Assembly: GCA_028717885.1 (NCBI GenBank) | Contig: JAQUMX010000006.1 | Coordinates: forward strand, 206 to 64,205 | DNA length: 64,000 nucleotides | Source of the DNA: Candidatus Omnitrophota bacterium | GTDB taxonomy: Bacteria > Omnitrophota > Gorgyraeia > Gygaellales > Profunditerraquicolaceae | Direction of reading: 5' to 3' | Shown: in pieces, positions 18,946 to 27,752 of the stretch | Numbering within the stretch: position 1 is the stretch's first letter | Layout of the letters: each line of letters opens with the position of its first letter | Position numbers and translations under genes: made by a program | The notes under the pieces: model-generated | What the model saw: the letters and a program-made list of their open reading frames with translations, nothing else | What the model was told of the DNA's origin: nothing | The model's database searches: none

Positions 18946-19896
18946 ATGTCACAAGCCACAAGCCACAAGCCTAAAGTTAAAGTCGGGATTACTATCGGGG
19001 ACCCTTCCGGCATCGGGCCGGAGGTGGCTAAAAAGGCCCTAAGAAAATTAAAAGGCCTTGCGGATTTTACGGTCATCGGCGACGCCGCAGTATACAAAAA
19101 AGCAGCAGGCGAAAAATTCCTGGATTTAAATAATATAGACAAGAAAAAATTTGCCTACGGAAAAATAAAAGCTGAATACGGAAAAGCGGCAATAGAATAT
19201 TTAGATAAGGCCTTGGAGCTTTTAAGAAAAAGAGAGATTGATTGCTTGGTTACTGCTCCGATCTCCAAAGAAGCGATCAATCTGGCAGGTTTTCATTATT
19301 CGGGCCATACAGAGTACTTAAGCAAGAATTCCGGGTCGAAATTTACGGTAATGATGCTCTTAAACGATAAATTGAAATTTAGCCTGGTTACCAGGCACAT
19401 TCCTTTAAGCCAGGTAAGCGCAACAATATCCGGTAGAGAGCTGGCAAAAGTTATCTCTCTTACTAATCAGTCTTTAAAAGGCTTATTCGGTATAAAGAAG
19501 CCGAGGATCGTGGTTTGCGGGCTTAATCCGCATGCTTCTGACCACGGTATAATAGGTAAGGAGGAGGTAGAGCTGATTGCCCCTATTATAGGCAAGCTTA
19601 AACCGCATCTGTATGCTATTCATGGCCCGATTTCCGCGGATGTGGCGATCCATGAAGCAAAAGAGGGAAAATTCGATGCAATTATCGCGATGTACCATGA
19701 TCAGGCATTGATTCCTCTGAAGCTCTCGGATAGGGCCTCCGGAGTTAATCTTACGCTGGGGCTGCCATTTATCCGCACCTCGCCTTTGCATGGCACGGCT
19801 TTTGATATTGCCGGGAAAAATATTGCTTCTGCCGATTCGATGGCCGCGGCAATTAAACTCTCCATAAAATGCGCCTTAAACCAAAAAAATCCCTAG
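18946..19896 (+). CDS. pdxA: 4-hydroxythreonine-4-phosphate dehydrogenase
   Basis: GDPSGIGPE N-terminus, GHTE, NPHA.(D/E)HG, YHDQ blocks. Confidence 0.9.
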   Translation: MSQATSHKPKVKVGITIGDPSGIGPEVAKKALRKLKGLADFTVIGDAAVYKKAAGEKFLDLNNIDKKKFAYGKIKAEYGKAAIEYLDKALELLRKREIDCLVTAPISKEAINLAGFHYSGHTEYLSKNSGSKFTVMMLLNDKLKFSLVTRHIPLSQVSATISGRELAKVISLTNQSLKGLFGIKKPRIVVCGLNPHASDHGIIGKEEVELIAPIIGKLKPHLYAIHGPISADVAIHEAKEGKFDAIIAMYHDQALIPLKLSDRASGVNLTLGLPFIRTSPLHGTAFDIAGKNIASADSMAAAIKLSIKCALNQKNP

Positions 19897-20636
19897 GCCA
19901 GAATTTTCTTATTGACCGGAATATCCGCAAAAAAATCGTTTCTGCCTGCGATTTTAGTCCGGAAGATGTTATATTGGAGATCGGCCCGGGAAGAGGGGAG
20001 CTTACTGCGGAGATTGCACAGCAAGTAAAGAAAGTTTTTGCAGTCGAGATCGATCATCATCTTTGCGCGCAGTTAAAGGGCAGGTTTTGCGACGAGAAAA
20101 AAATCGAGATTATCCATGCGGATATCCTGAAATTCGATTTAAATAAGCTTAAACCGCAAAATAAAAAGATTAAAATTGTCGGTAATATTCCTTATTATAT
20201 CAGCACTCCTATTATTGAATATATCATTGAGCGCCGCGGCCGCATCGCGTCTGCCTATTTGACCGTGCAAAAGGAGTTTGCCGGGAGAATAGTCTCCGGG
20301 CCGGGCAGCAAAGAATTCGGCGCCTTATCATGTTTCGTGCAGTATTACCTGAAACCGGAAATAGTTTTTGACATAAAAAAGGGCTCATTCTTTCCCGTGC
20401 CTAAAGTAGCTTCCTCTTTTTTAAAATTAGAAGTGCGTAGCGCCCCTGCGGTTAAAGTAGAAGATGAAGAATATTTTTTCAAAATCATCAGGTCCGCATT
20501 TAACCAGCGCAGAAAAATATTGAGGAACAGCCTGGCAAAAATCTTAAGCGAAGAAAAATTAGGCAGCTTAAAACTTAAGCGGCCGGAAGAGCTTTCTCTG
20601 GAAGATTTTTCCGGGTTGGCCGGAGAAACAAATTGA
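19869..20636 (+). CDS. rsmA: 16S rRNA (adenine1518/1519-N6)-dimethyltransferase
   Basis: LGQNFL, EIGPGRGELT SAM site, GNIPYYIS motif. Confidence 0.93.
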   Translation: MRLKPKKSLGQNFLIDRNIRKKIVSACDFSPEDVILEIGPGRGELTAEIAQQVKKVFAVEIDHHLCAQLKGRFCDEKKIEIIHADILKFDLNKLKPQNKKIKIVGNIPYYISTPIIEYIIERRGRIASAYLTVQKEFAGRIVSGPGSKEFGALSCFVQYYLKPEIVFDIKKGSFFPVPKVASSFLKLEVRSAPAVKVEDEEYFFKIIRSAFNQRRKILRNSLAKILSEEKLGSLKLKRPEELSLEDFSGLAGETN

Positions 20637-20729
20637 CATTTTTCACGGAGCACAGAATTATTGCGGCGAAGGGGTCTGCAGCGATCTTACCGTAAGTTGA
20701 TCTTTCCTCCAAAAAATATAAAAAAAATA

Positions 20730-20757
20730 TTGACAAACTCCAATTTTAGTATATACT
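20730..20757 (+). promoter_or_regulatory. Strong sigma70-type promoter with A-rich UP-like tract
   Basis: TTGACA (20730-20735), 16-nt spacer, TATACT (20752-20757); preceded by AAAAAATATAAAAAAAATA. Confidence 0.6.
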
Positions 20758-20875
20758 TTAGTTTCTACATAATTCCCCATAAATCATTGTAGAGTTAAAA
20801 ATTCTAAGAATTTTACGATTTTTAGAAGGGTGGGTTTTTTTTATTCTATGGTAACAGTTCCCGTTGACTTCCTTT

Positions 20876-20948
<73 letters not shown>

Positions 20949-20977
20949 TAAAATAACGGGAAAAAGAGAGTAATTGC

Positions 20978-21127
20978 ATGCGTGAAACTATAACTTTAGA
21001 ATGTACGGTTTGCAAGAATAGAAATTACACCTGCACCAAGAATAAGAAATTGCATCAGGAGAGGCTGGAAATTTCTAAGTTCTGCCGTTTTTGCCACAAA
21101 CATACTGCGCATAAAGAAATTAAATAG
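20978..21127 (+). CDS. rpmG: 50S ribosomal protein L33 (Cys4 zinc form)
   Basis: 49-aa [27 protein letters not shown]...[15 protein letters not shown], below the track length cut-off; classic position before tRNA-Trp/secE. Confidence 0.9.
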   Translation: MRETITLECTVCKNRNYTCTKNKKLHQERLEISKFCRFCHKHTAHKEIK

Positions 21128-21196
21128 GAGCGTCGGTTAATGGCAAACCAACGGTCTCCAAAACCGTGACTGCAGGTTCGAGCCCTGCCGCTCCTG
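21126..21196 (+). tRNA. tRNA-Trp (anticodon CCA)
   Basis: Hand-folded 71-nt cloverleaf: acceptor AGGAGCG/CGCTCCT, D GGTT/AACC, anticodon stem ACGGT/ACCGT with loop CTCCAAA, T stem GCAGG/CCTGC with TTCGAGC; first 2 nt are the last 2 nt of the rpmG TAG. Confidence 0.9.
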
Positions 21197-21225
21197 TAAA
21201 ACCGGAAGCGGCAAAGAAAAGAGAA

Positions 21226-21285
21226 TGACCCATTCGCAAAATTCGCTCAGGGTCATCCCGAGCGAATCAAAAGGACCGAGGGATG
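21226..21285 (+). repeat. Family-2 double-hairpin cassette (copy 1, ends in the secE start codon)
   Basis: TGACCC (21226-21231)/GGGTCA (21250-21255) and CATCCC (21254-21259)/GGGATG (21280-21285); ATG 21283 is the secE start. Confidence 0.65.
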
Positions 21286-21546
21286 AATTTTTTTACGAGT
21301 AATTTAAAAGCTATAATTTTAAGCGTCGTAGTAATCGGCATCGTTCTTTTGGTAGTTAAGAATTACAAGAAGATAAAGCAATTTTTAACCGAAGTGAAAC
21401 AGGAGCTGGAGAAGGTATCCTGGTCAACCCGGGAGGAATTAATCGGTTCAACTGTAGTAGTGATCACCATCACCGCAATCACTGCAGTATTCATCGGAAT
21501 AATCGATCTTTTTCTCTCCAAAATCTTGAGCGTAATGTTTAAGTGA
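21283..21546 (+). CDS. secE: Preprotein translocase subunit SecE (with an extra N-terminal TM)
   Basis: C-terminal half E.KKV.WP(S)..E pattern (ELEKVSWSTREEL) plus TM; position before nusG. Confidence 0.85.
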   Translation: MNFFTSNLKAIILSVVVIGIVLLVVKNYKKIKQFLTEVKQELEKVSWSTREELIGSTVVVITITAITAVFIGIIDLFLSKILSVMFK

Positions 21547-21692
21547 GGACACAAGTTATGGTGCATTATATTAAAAATAATATCAGCGACATAACTTGTA
21601 AGTCCGAACTTATCCTTGCACCAATTGGCGCAAGGATTAATTCGCATAGCAACTTATGTTCACTTACGTTCCATAAGTTGCGTGCTCATTAA
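21543..21692 (+). repeat. Family-1 structured intercistronic element (copy A, secE|nusG)
   Basis: GTGAGGACA...AAGTCCGAACTTATCC core; hairpins 21547-21605, 21612-21637, 21649-21681; embedded 44-codon frame 21558-21692. Confidence 0.75.
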
Positions 21693-22220
21693 ATGAAAAA
21701 CTGGTACGTCGTACATACACAAACCGGCGCGGAAGATAAAGTCAAAACGTTATTGGAAAGCAGGATTTCTGCCCAGGGTTTAGCCGAAACAATCTCGCAG
21801 GTAGTTATTCCCACCGAACAGGTTTCCGAAGTGCGTTCCGGGAAAAAACGTATCTCGCAAAGAAAGTTCTTCCCCGGCTATCTGATCGTAGAAATGGAAT
21901 TGAATGAGCAAACCTACCTTTTAATCAAGGGCACCCCGGGAGTAACCGGCTTTATCGGGTTAGGGAAAAAACCTTTAGCCTTACCGCAAACCGAAGTTGA
22001 TAATATTTTGAAGAGGACCGAAGAGACGCACGCTAAACCAAGCCCCAAAATCGTTTTTGAGAAGGGCGAACAGGTTAGGGTGACTGAAGGTCCTTTTGTT
22101 AATTTTAACGGCACTATCGAAGAAATCCATCCGGAAAAGGGTAAATTAAAGGTCAGTGTTTCCATTTTTGGCAGGTCAACGCCTGTTGAATTGGAATATT
22201 GGCAAGTTGAGAAGGTATAA
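21693..22220 (+). CDS. nusG: Transcription termination/antitermination factor NusG
   Basis: WYVVHT NGN start, FPGY(L/V).VEM, C-terminal KOW ([14 protein letters not shown]). Confidence 0.95.
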   Translation: MKNWYVVHTQTGAEDKVKTLLESRISAQGLAETISQVVIPTEQVSEVRSGKKRISQRKFFPGYLIVEMELNEQTYLLIKGTPGVTGFIGLGKKPLALPQTEVDNILKRTEETHAKPSPKIVFEKGEQVRVTEGPFVNFNGTIEEIHPEKGKLKVSVSIFGRSTPVELEYWQVEKV

Positions 22221-22645
22221 TGGCTAAGAAAATCGTCGCACAGATTAAATTACACGTTCCTGCAGGCCAGGCAAACCCTGCGCCTCCGGTTGGCCCGGCA
22301 TTAGGACAGCATGGCGTGAACATTATGCAGTTCTGCAAGCAGTTTAATGACCAGACCAAAGGCAGGGAAGGCTTGATTTTACCTGCGGTTATCAGTGTAT
22401 ATGAAGACAAGACCTTTACCTTTATTATTAAGAGCCCGCCGTCTTCAGTACTTTTGAAGCGTGCAGCAAACCTGGCAAAGGCTTCCGGCCAGGCAGGAAA
22501 AGAAACTATCGGTACAGTCACCAGGAAGCAGGTAGAGGAAATCGCTAAATTAAAGGCCAAAGATTTAAATACCGCTGACCTTGAAGAAGCGATCAGGATT
22601 ATCAGCGGTACAGCCCGCAGCATGGGCATTACGGTAGAGGGATGA
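22220..22645 (+). CDS. rplK: 50S ribosomal protein L11
   Basis: [26 protein letters not shown] block. Confidence 0.97.
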   Translation: MAKKIVAQIKLHVPAGQANPAPPVGPALGQHGVNIMQFCKQFNDQTKGREGLILPAVISVYEDKTFTFIIKSPPSSVLLKRAANLAKASGQAGKETIGTVTRKQVEEIAKLKAKDLNTADLEEAIRIISGTARSMGITVEG

Positions 22646-23322
22646 AGAAACCAAGCAAAAGATACCAGGAATCAATAAAGTTAGTTGACAAAGATAAGGC
22701 GTTTCAGCTTAAAGAAGCGGTTTCTATTTTAAAGACAATGAAGCCGACGAAATTCGATGAGTCTGTAGATTTGCATTTAAGTTTGAATGTAGACCCCAAA
22801 AAATCAGAACAGATGGTGCGCGGTACGGTAGTACTGCCGCACGGAACCGGCAAAAAGGTTCGGGTTGCGGTCTTCTGTAAAGGCGAGCATGAAAAACAGG
22901 CTAAGGATGCCCAGGCAGATTTCGTGGGCGGCCTGGAATTAATCGAAAAAGTAGGCGCAGGTTTCCTGGATTTTGACTGTGCAATTGCTACTCCGGAAAT
23001 GATGAAAGATTTAAGCAAGCTAGGTAAGGTCTTAGGGCCGCGCGGCCTTATGCCAAGCCCCAAGACTGGAACAGTTACCAATGACATTGTCAGGGCAATC
23101 GAAGACGTGCGCAAAGGAAAAGTAGAATTCCGCGTAGATAAGCAGGGCGGAATGCATTTAAGCGTAGGAAAAATTTCTTTCTCCGAGGACAAGATATTGG
23201 AAAATGCCTCAAGGGTAATCGAGGCAATTAACGAAGCCAAGCCCGCATCAGTAAAAGGAAAATTCGTGCGCAGCCTCTTTATTTCTACCACGATGAACCC
23301 GGGATTAAGGATTTCAACATGA
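22642..23322 (+). CDS. rplA: 50S ribosomal protein L1
   Basis: FDESVDL...L.VDP(K/R)K.(D/E)Q.VRG...LPHGTGK pattern. Confidence 0.96.
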   Translation: MKKPSKRYQESIKLVDKDKAFQLKEAVSILKTMKPTKFDESVDLHLSLNVDPKKSEQMVRGTVVLPHGTGKKVRVAVFCKGEHEKQAKDAQADFVGGLELIEKVGAGFLDFDCAIATPEMMKDLSKLGKVLGPRGLMPSPKTGTVTNDIVRAIEDVRKGKVEFRVDKQGGMHLSVGKISFSEDKILENASRVIEAINEAKPASVKGKFVRSLFISTTMNPGLRIST

Positions 23323-23377
23323 CCCTTAAACAAACTGCTCGTGGGAATGGTGCGCGAGCAAAGCGAGTCGAACCATG
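23320..23377 (+). repeat. Family-2 cassette (copy 2, rplA stop to rplJ start)
   Basis: TGACCC...ATGGTGCGCGAGCAAAGCGAGTCGAACCATG; TGA is the rplA stop, terminal ATG is the rplJ start; 30/33 nt identical to 56265-56297. Confidence 0.7.
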
Positions 23378-23914
23378 AAGAAAATCGGACTTATAGTTAA
23401 GGAAGTTTCGGAAGCCCGTTTAAAGAACAGCCTGAAAGGCTCGAACAGTTTTTTTGTGGTGAAATATTCCGGTTTATCCAGCCCCGATATTACGGCATTG
23501 CGCCTTTCTTTAAAGGGTTCGCAAGCCGACTTTTTTGTGGTAAAGAATGCCGTAGCCAGGCGCGCTTTGAAAAATGCCGGGATGGAAAATGCGGTAAAGT
23601 ATATTGATGGCCCATGCGGGATAATCTTTGCTAAAGATGAGCCGGTAGATGTTTCCAAGGTTCTATATAATTTCCTTAAAGATCATGAAAAGTTCCAACT
23701 GGGCGGCGGATTTTTAAAGGACCAGATTCTGGAAAAGAAGGATATCGAAGCATTGGCAAAACTGCCTTCCAAACAGGCGTTGCGCCAGCAATTAGTCGTA
23801 GCTTTAAATGCCCCGATTTCCAAATTTGTCCGCGCGTTGAATGGTACCTTAAGCAAATTCGTAATTTGCTTAGATCAAATAAAAGAAAAAAAATCAAAAG
23901 AGGGGGGTAAGTAA
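23375..23914 (+). CDS. rplJ: 50S ribosomal protein L10
   Basis: 179-aa ORF in the L10 position with typical L10 pattern (LR..L...G..F.VVKN.(L/V)A.RA). Confidence 0.93.
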   Translation: MKKIGLIVKEVSEARLKNSLKGSNSFFVVKYSGLSSPDITALRLSLKGSQADFFVVKNAVARRALKNAGMENAVKYIDGPCGIIFAKDEPVDVSKVLYNFLKDHEKFQLGGGFLKDQILEKKDIEALAKLPSKQALRQQLVVALNAPISKFVRALNGTLSKFVICLDQIKEKKSKEGGK

Positions 23915-23915
23915 A

Positions 23916-24305
23916 ATGGCTAACGCAAAATTGGACGAATTAATCAAATCGATCGAAGGGATGACTGTCCTGGAGTTATCTGATTTGGTTAAGGCACTGG
24001 AAGAAAAATTCGATGTCAAGGCTAACATGCCGATGATGGCGATGCCTGCTGGCGGAGCTGCTGCTGGCGGAGCTGCTGCTGCTGCGGAAGAAAAGAGCAC
24101 ATTTACCGTAGTATTAGCAAGCGCCGGAGCGAATAAAATCGCAGTAATCAAAGAAGTCCGCACCATGACCAGCTTAGGCCTTAAGGAAGCTAAGGATTTA
24201 GTCGATGCCGCACCAAAGCCGATTAAAGACGGGGCGACCAAAGAAGAAGCTGAAGAGATGAAGAAAAAGTTGGAAGCTGCCGGTGCAACGGTAGAACTGA
24301 AATAG
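23916..24305 (+). CDS. rplL: 50S ribosomal protein L7/L12
   Basis: N-terminal dimerisation helix, Ala/Gly hinge, C-terminal K..VIK.VR..T.LGLKEAK.LV(D/E). Confidence 0.97.
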   Translation: MANAKLDELIKSIEGMTVLELSDLVKALEEKFDVKANMPMMAMPAGGAAAGGAAAAAEEKSTFTVVLASAGANKIAVIKEVRTMTSLGLKEAKDLVDAAPKPIKDGATKEEAEEMKKKLEAAGATVELK

Positions 24306-24347
24306 CCGTAAAATAAGCCGTAGTTTTTCAATAGAGGGAAAAGCGAA

Positions 24348-27300
24348 ATGATTAAGCGCAAGACTTTTGCGAAACTAAAAGAGGTTTACGAGCTGCCGAA
24401 TTTCCTCGATATCCAGCTGGAGTCATACAAAGACTTTCTCCAGATTGATGTCCCGGCCTCACAGAGAAAGCAAGTGGGGTTACAGGAAGTATTCGGCGAA
24501 ATCTTTCCTTTAGAAAATGCCGAGCGTTCGGTGAAACTGGAATTTTTAAGTTACACCCTGGGCAAGCCCAAATACAACCTCGCCGAATCCAAAAAGCGTT
24601 CGCTCTCATTTGCTGCGCCCCTGAAAGTTAAGTTCCGGCTCACTACTCCCAAAGAAACCAAAGAACAGGATGCCTATTTCGGCGATATCCCTTTAATGAC
24701 CGAAACCGGCACCTTTATCATTAACGGTGACGAACGCGTAGTCGTTAGCCAGCTACAGCGTTCTCCCGGAGTTTCTTTTGAGGAAGAAGAGCATCCTACC
24801 GGAAAGAAGATTTTTCACGGCAGGATTATTCCTTACCGCGGTGCGTGGCTAGAGTTTAAATACGATTTATCAGAGACGATCCTCGCTTATGTAGACCGCC
24901 GCAGGACATTCCCCGCAACCCAGCTGTTAAGGATTCTCGGGTTTTCTACGGATAGCGAAATACTCGCCAGTTTCAGCAAAGAATACCCGGAAATCGCCAA
25001 TACCTTAAAGAAAGACACTACTAAAAATAAAGAGGAAGCATATTTAGATTTTTACCGCAAGATGCGCCCCACCGAACCGGTAACCAAAGAAGCTGCGGAG
25101 ATGTTGTTCTACCGCTTATTCTTTGACCCGGCAAGGTATGATTTGGAGCGCGTTGGCCGCTTTATCCTCAACCGTAAATTAGGCATGGAAGTTTCTCTGG
25201 ATAAGCGTATTCTTGATTCTGCTACCGTAATTAGGGTAATTGAATACTTGATCCGTTTACGCGACGGCGAAGGCAAAATAGACGATATTGATCATTTAGG
25301 AAACCGCAGGATTAAGACTGTCGGCGAACTGGTACAGAACCAGGTGCGTATCGGTTTAAGCAGGGTAGAGCGTTCAATCAGGGAAAGATTAAGCATCTTA
25401 GGCGATTTTGATTCTTTGAATGTGCACTACCTGATCAATTCAAAATTACTTTCCAATCAAATCCGCGATTTCTTCGGCCGCAGCCAGCTTTCGCAATTTA
25501 TGGACCAGGTAAATCCTCTTGCAGAGATGACCCACAAGCGCAGGTTAAGCGCCTTAGGGCCAGGAGGTCTATCCCGCGAAAGAGCAGGTTTCGAAGTAAG
25601 AGATATTCATCCTTCGCATTATGGCCGCGTCTGTCCCATTGAAACTCCGGAAGGCCCGAATATCGGTTTGATTGCATCCTTAAGTACTTACGCCAGGATC
25701 AATCCTTTAGGTTTGATCGAAACTCCTTATCGAAAAGTTGAAGACGGCAGGGTTACCCGTAAAATAGAATACCTTACCGCGGATTTGGAAGAAGACAAAA
25801 TGATTGCCCAGGCAAATGCGCCTACCGATAGCGAAGGCCATTTCTTGGATAAAGAAGTTTCCTGCCGTTTTAAAGGTGATTTCCCCAAAGTGCCCCCGAA
25901 GCAAGTTCAATATATGGATGTTTCCCCGAAGCAATTAGTTTCCGTAGCCGCATCGATGATACCTTTCTTGGAGCATGATGATGCTAACCGCGCATTGATG
26001 GGGTCAAATATGCAGCGCCAGGCAGTGCCTTTGATGATTACCGAAGCGCCTCTAGTTGGTACAGCCATGGAAGGAAAAGTTGCGCGTGATTCCGGAACCG
26101 TGGTATTGGCTGAGGAAGCGGGCAAAGTCAACAGCGTGGATGTTGCCTCGATTACTATCGGAAAAAAGATTTACCATTTAAAGAAATTCCAGCGCACCAA
26201 TGCCGATACCTGCCTGAACCAGAGGCCGATCGTTAAATTAGGCGAGCATGTGGAAAAGGGCCAGGTAATTGCCGACGGAATCGGCACCAAGAACGGCGAA
26301 TTGGCGTTAGGCAGGAATTTATTGTGCGCGTTTATGCCTTGGAGAGGCTATAACTTCGAAGACGCAATTGTCTTAAGTGATAGATTAGTAAAAGAAGACA
26401 AGCTTACCTCTATACATGTTGAAGAGTTTGAAATCGAAGCTACTGAAACCCGCCTTGGTAACGAAGAAATTACCCGCGATATCCCCAATGTCAGCGAAGA
26501 ATCTTTAGGCAACCTTGATGAAACCGGAGTAATCCGTATCGGAGCAGAAGTAACTCCCGGAGATATCCTGGTAGGCAAGGTTACTCCTAAAACCGAATCC
26601 GAACTTTCACCGGAAGAAAGATTGTTGCGTGCTATCTTCGGCGAAAAAGCCGGGGACGTGCGTGATACTTCCTTAACCGTTCCTCCGGGGGTAGAGGGAG
26701 TAGTCGTGGATGTGCATGTATTTTCCCGCAAAGACCGCGGCAGAAAATCCAAGGAAGAAAAGAGTAAGGAACTTTCCAAGGTCAGGGAAATCCGCGCTTA
26801 TTACAAACAGGAAATCGAGTTTGTGCAGACGGAAAAAACCAACCGTTTAGCCCAACTCTTAGGCGTAGATAAGAAAAAAATCGAGAAGATGGATTTTAGC
26901 GACAATGAAGAGGCAAAGATTCTGGCCGCTTCATTTGATGAGCAGGTACAGGAATTATTAGCAGAAGAGCAGCAGGAAATCGAAAAAGTGCGCCGCGGAG
27001 ACGAATTGCCCCCGGGAGTTTTAAAAAGAGTAGTCGTCTACATTGCCACAAAGCGTAAAGTTTCCGAAGGCGATAAGTTAGCCGGAAGGCACGGAAATAA
27101 AGGTGTAGTAGCGCGCATCATTCCCGAAGAAGATATGCCTTTTATGCCTGATGGCACACCGGTAGAAGTAGTTTTAAATCCATTAGGTGTACCTTCCCGT
27201 ATGAACGTTGGCCAGATTCTTGAGACCCATTTAGGCTGGGCGGCAAAGGTGCTGGGTTTTCATTTCGATAGCCCGGTTTTTGACGGAGCCAGCGAAGAAG

Positions 27301-27752
27301 AAATCAAGGAAATGCTTACTAAGGCAGAGTTGCCTACGCACGGAAAAATCAAGCTTTATGACGGCCACACCGGAGAGCCTTTTGACCAGGAAGTTACCGT
27401 CGGCTACATCTATGTGATGAAGCTGATCCATTTGGTCGACGAAAAAATCCATGCCCGTTCTATCGGCCCATATTCATTGGTTACACAGCAGCCATTAGGC
27501 GGTAAAGCGCAATTCGGCGGCCAGAGATTAGGAGAAATGGAAGTTTGGGCATTGGAAGCTTATGGCGCGGCATTTACTTTACAGGAAATGCTGACTGTGA
27601 AGAGCGACGATGTTGCCGGCAGGACGCGCATTTACGAAGCAATCGTTAAGGGTGAGCAAAGATTAACCCATGGTACTCCCGAATCCTTCAATGTTTTGAT
27701 CAAGGAATTACAAGGATTAGGGCTAGATATCAGAACGGAGAAATTAAAATAA
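24348..27752 (+). CDS. rpoB: DNA-directed RNA polymerase subunit beta
   Basis: 1134 aa; [12 protein letters not shown] rifampicin-cluster block, [12 protein letters not shown](I)LE(T)HLG. Confidence 0.98.
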   Translation: MIKRKTFAKLKEVYELPNFLDIQLESYKDFLQIDVPASQRKQVGLQEVFGEIFPLENAERSVKLEFLSYTLGKPKYNLAESKKRSLSFAAPLKVKFRLTTPKETKEQDAYFGDIPLMTETGTFIINGDERVVVSQLQRSPGVSFEEEEHPTGKKIFHGRIIPYRGAWLEFKYDLSETILAYVDRRRTFPATQLLRILGFSTDSEILASFSKEYPEIANTLKKDTTKNKEEAYLDFYRKMRPTEPVTKEAAEMLFYRLFFDPARYDLERVGRFILNRKLGMEVSLDKRILDSATVIRVIEYLIRLRDGEGKIDDIDHLGNRRIKTVGELVQNQVRIGLSRVERSIRERLSILGDFDSLNVHYLINSKLLSNQIRDFFGRSQLSQFMDQVNPLAEMTHKRRLSALGPGGLSRERAGFEVRDIHPSHYGRVCPIETPEGPNIGLIASLSTYARINPLGLIETPYRKVEDGRVTRKIEYLTADLEEDKMIAQANAPTDSEGHFLDKEVSCRFKGDFPKVPPKQVQYMDVSPKQLVSVAASMIPFLEHDDANRALMGSNMQRQAVPLMITEAPLVGTAMEGKVARDSGTVVLAEEAGKVNSVDVASITIGKKIYHLKKFQRTNADTCLNQRPIVKLGEHVEKGQVIADGIGTKNGELALGRNLLCAFMPWRGYNFEDAIVLSDRLVKEDKLTSIHVEEFEIEATETRLGNEEITRDIPNVSEESLGNLDETGVIRIGAEVTPGDILVGKVTPKTESELSPEERLLRAIFGEKAGDVRDTSLTVPPGVEGVVVDVHVFSRKDRGRKSKEEKSKELSKVREIRAYYKQEIEFVQTEKTNRLAQLLGVDKKKIEKMDFSDNEEAKILAASFDEQVQELLAEEQQEIEKVRRGDELPPGVLKRVVVYIATKRKVSEGDKLAGRHGNKGVVARIIPEEDMPFMPDGTPVEVVLNPLGVPSRMNVGQILETHLGWAAKVLGFHFDSPVFDGASEEEIKEMLTKAELPTHGKIKLYDGHTGEPFDQEVTVGYIYVMKLIHLVDEKIHARSIGPYSLVTQQPLGGKAQFGGQRLGEMEVWALEAYGAAFTLQEMLTVKSDDVAGRTRIYEAIVKGEQRLTHGTPESFNVLIKELQGLGLDIRTEKLK

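Noticed and set aside
20633-20661. Possible promoter overlapping the rsmA stop (TTGACA at 20633-20638).
   Set aside because: No acceptable -10 hexamer sits at 16-18 nt spacing (AATTAT/ATTATT only). The much better promoter at 20730-20757 is preferred.
21543-21610. Resemblance of the family-1 core (UGAGGA ... stem ... GAA) to the hammerhead ribozyme core (CUGANGA ... GAAA).
   Set aside because: The position equivalent to the essential C3 is G or A in all copies. GGA is consumed by the GGAC/GUCC helix. No three-way junction with a UH cleavage site can be drawn. The resemblance is superficial.
22704-23333. 209-aa minus-strand ORF antisense to rplA. Similar long antisense ORFs occur at 11404-12051, 22153-22629, 23894-24361, 31342-31920, 43028-43474 and 43913-44398.
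   Set aside because: Each lies fully inside a + strand gene that has unmistakable conserved motifs. The antisense translations are low-complexity with no recognisable domains. This is the typical shadow-ORF effect of codon-biased highly expressed genes.
23323-23374. Interpreting the rplA-rplJ spacer as the classical L10 (rplJ) leader.
   Set aside because: It is only 52 nt long, and an almost identical sequence precedes mdh. It cannot be confirmed without a covariance-model search, so it is kept as a family-2 repeat instead.
23347-23377. Short ORFs starting at the family-2 ATGGTGCGCGAG (MVRE...; 17 codons in copy 2, 4 codons in copy 3).
   Set aside because: Length and sequence are not conserved between copies beyond the shared nucleotides. 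The frames differ relative to the downstream gene, and no SD is present. This is more simply explained by the 5' stem arm needing CAT/ATG complementarity.
24046-24086. Tandem GCT/GGC-rich nucleotide repeat (GCTGGCGGAGCTGCT x2).
   Set aside because: It encodes the normal flexible Ala/Gly hinge of L7/L12 ([15 protein letters not shown]). This is ordinary low-complexity coding sequence.
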